Below are positions 42,196 to 42,317 of a stretch of 42,317 nt of DNA, piece by piece. How positions within the stretch are numbered: the first letter of the stretch is position 1; every line of letters starts with the position of its first letter. The stretch is taken from positions 1 through 42,317 of the IMG/VR virus record IMGVR_UViG_3300045597_000107. One strand, written 5' to 3'. Under the pieces are notes generated by a model. That model made no database searches and was not told the origin of the DNA. It saw only the letters and a program-made list of their open reading frames with translations. Position numbers and translations under genes: made by a program. This DNA comes from a virus.

Positions 42196-42317
42196 CATTC
42201 CGTATCCCAAGCGACCAGGCTCAGGGCTCTCAACGACTCGTCCTCGTCCATCGGCTTTCAATGGATAAACGAATCGGGCAAGACGATGCTCTACGTCCTC
42301 GTCGGGAACGTGAGAAT
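42191..42317. repeat. Second copy of the terminal overlap (= 1-127), containing site R1 at 42195-42208 and the first 109 nt of cassette C1
   Basis: Exact identity to 1-127. Confidence 0.95.

Overview
This window is a complete temperate siphovirus-type phage or excised prophage genome from a visibly GC-rich, probably actinobacterial Gram-positive host. Bases 1-127 repeat exactly at 42191-42317, so it closes into a unique circle of 42,190 bp.

Gene order runs as follows:
- Lysis cassette: XhlA-like protein, holin, CHAP endolysin.
- AT-rich candidate attP, then a tyrosine integrase and a membrane protein that looks like an accessory (moron) gene.
- LexA/CI-like repressor divergent from Cro, followed by the tRNA region.
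- Replication and recombination module: Xis-like HTH, SMC-like ATPase, low-GC DNA-binding insert, Sak4-like ATPase, DUF669, an SF2 helicase split by a LAGLIDADG intein, many small ORFs, primase/helicase, RusA and HNH.
- A 5-gene reverse-strand island with its own operator set.
- Packaging and head genes: small and large terminase, portal, ClpP-like protease, HK97-type capsid.
- Tail genes: tail tube, G/G-T chaperone with a candidate -1 frameshift, tape measure, Dit, Tal-like protein, tail fibre.

The stand-out feature spans the circular junction. The tail-fibre gene (41050-42195) contains an in-frame 12-14 bp site. That site recurs six more times in the following 1.2 kb. Each copy heads a promoterless alternative C-terminal cassette of 37-88 aa that is in phase and ends in a stop codon; five are direct and one is inverted. 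The array ends 1 nt from the stop codon of a dedicated tyrosine recombinase gene (1214-2083, minus strand), which is distinct from the integrase. I interpret this as a shufflon-like system that diversifies the receptor-binding tip, or possibly a cassette excision/reinsertion system. It is driven by a tyrosine recombinase rather than the Gin/Cin/Min-type serine invertases classically linked to phage tail fibres.
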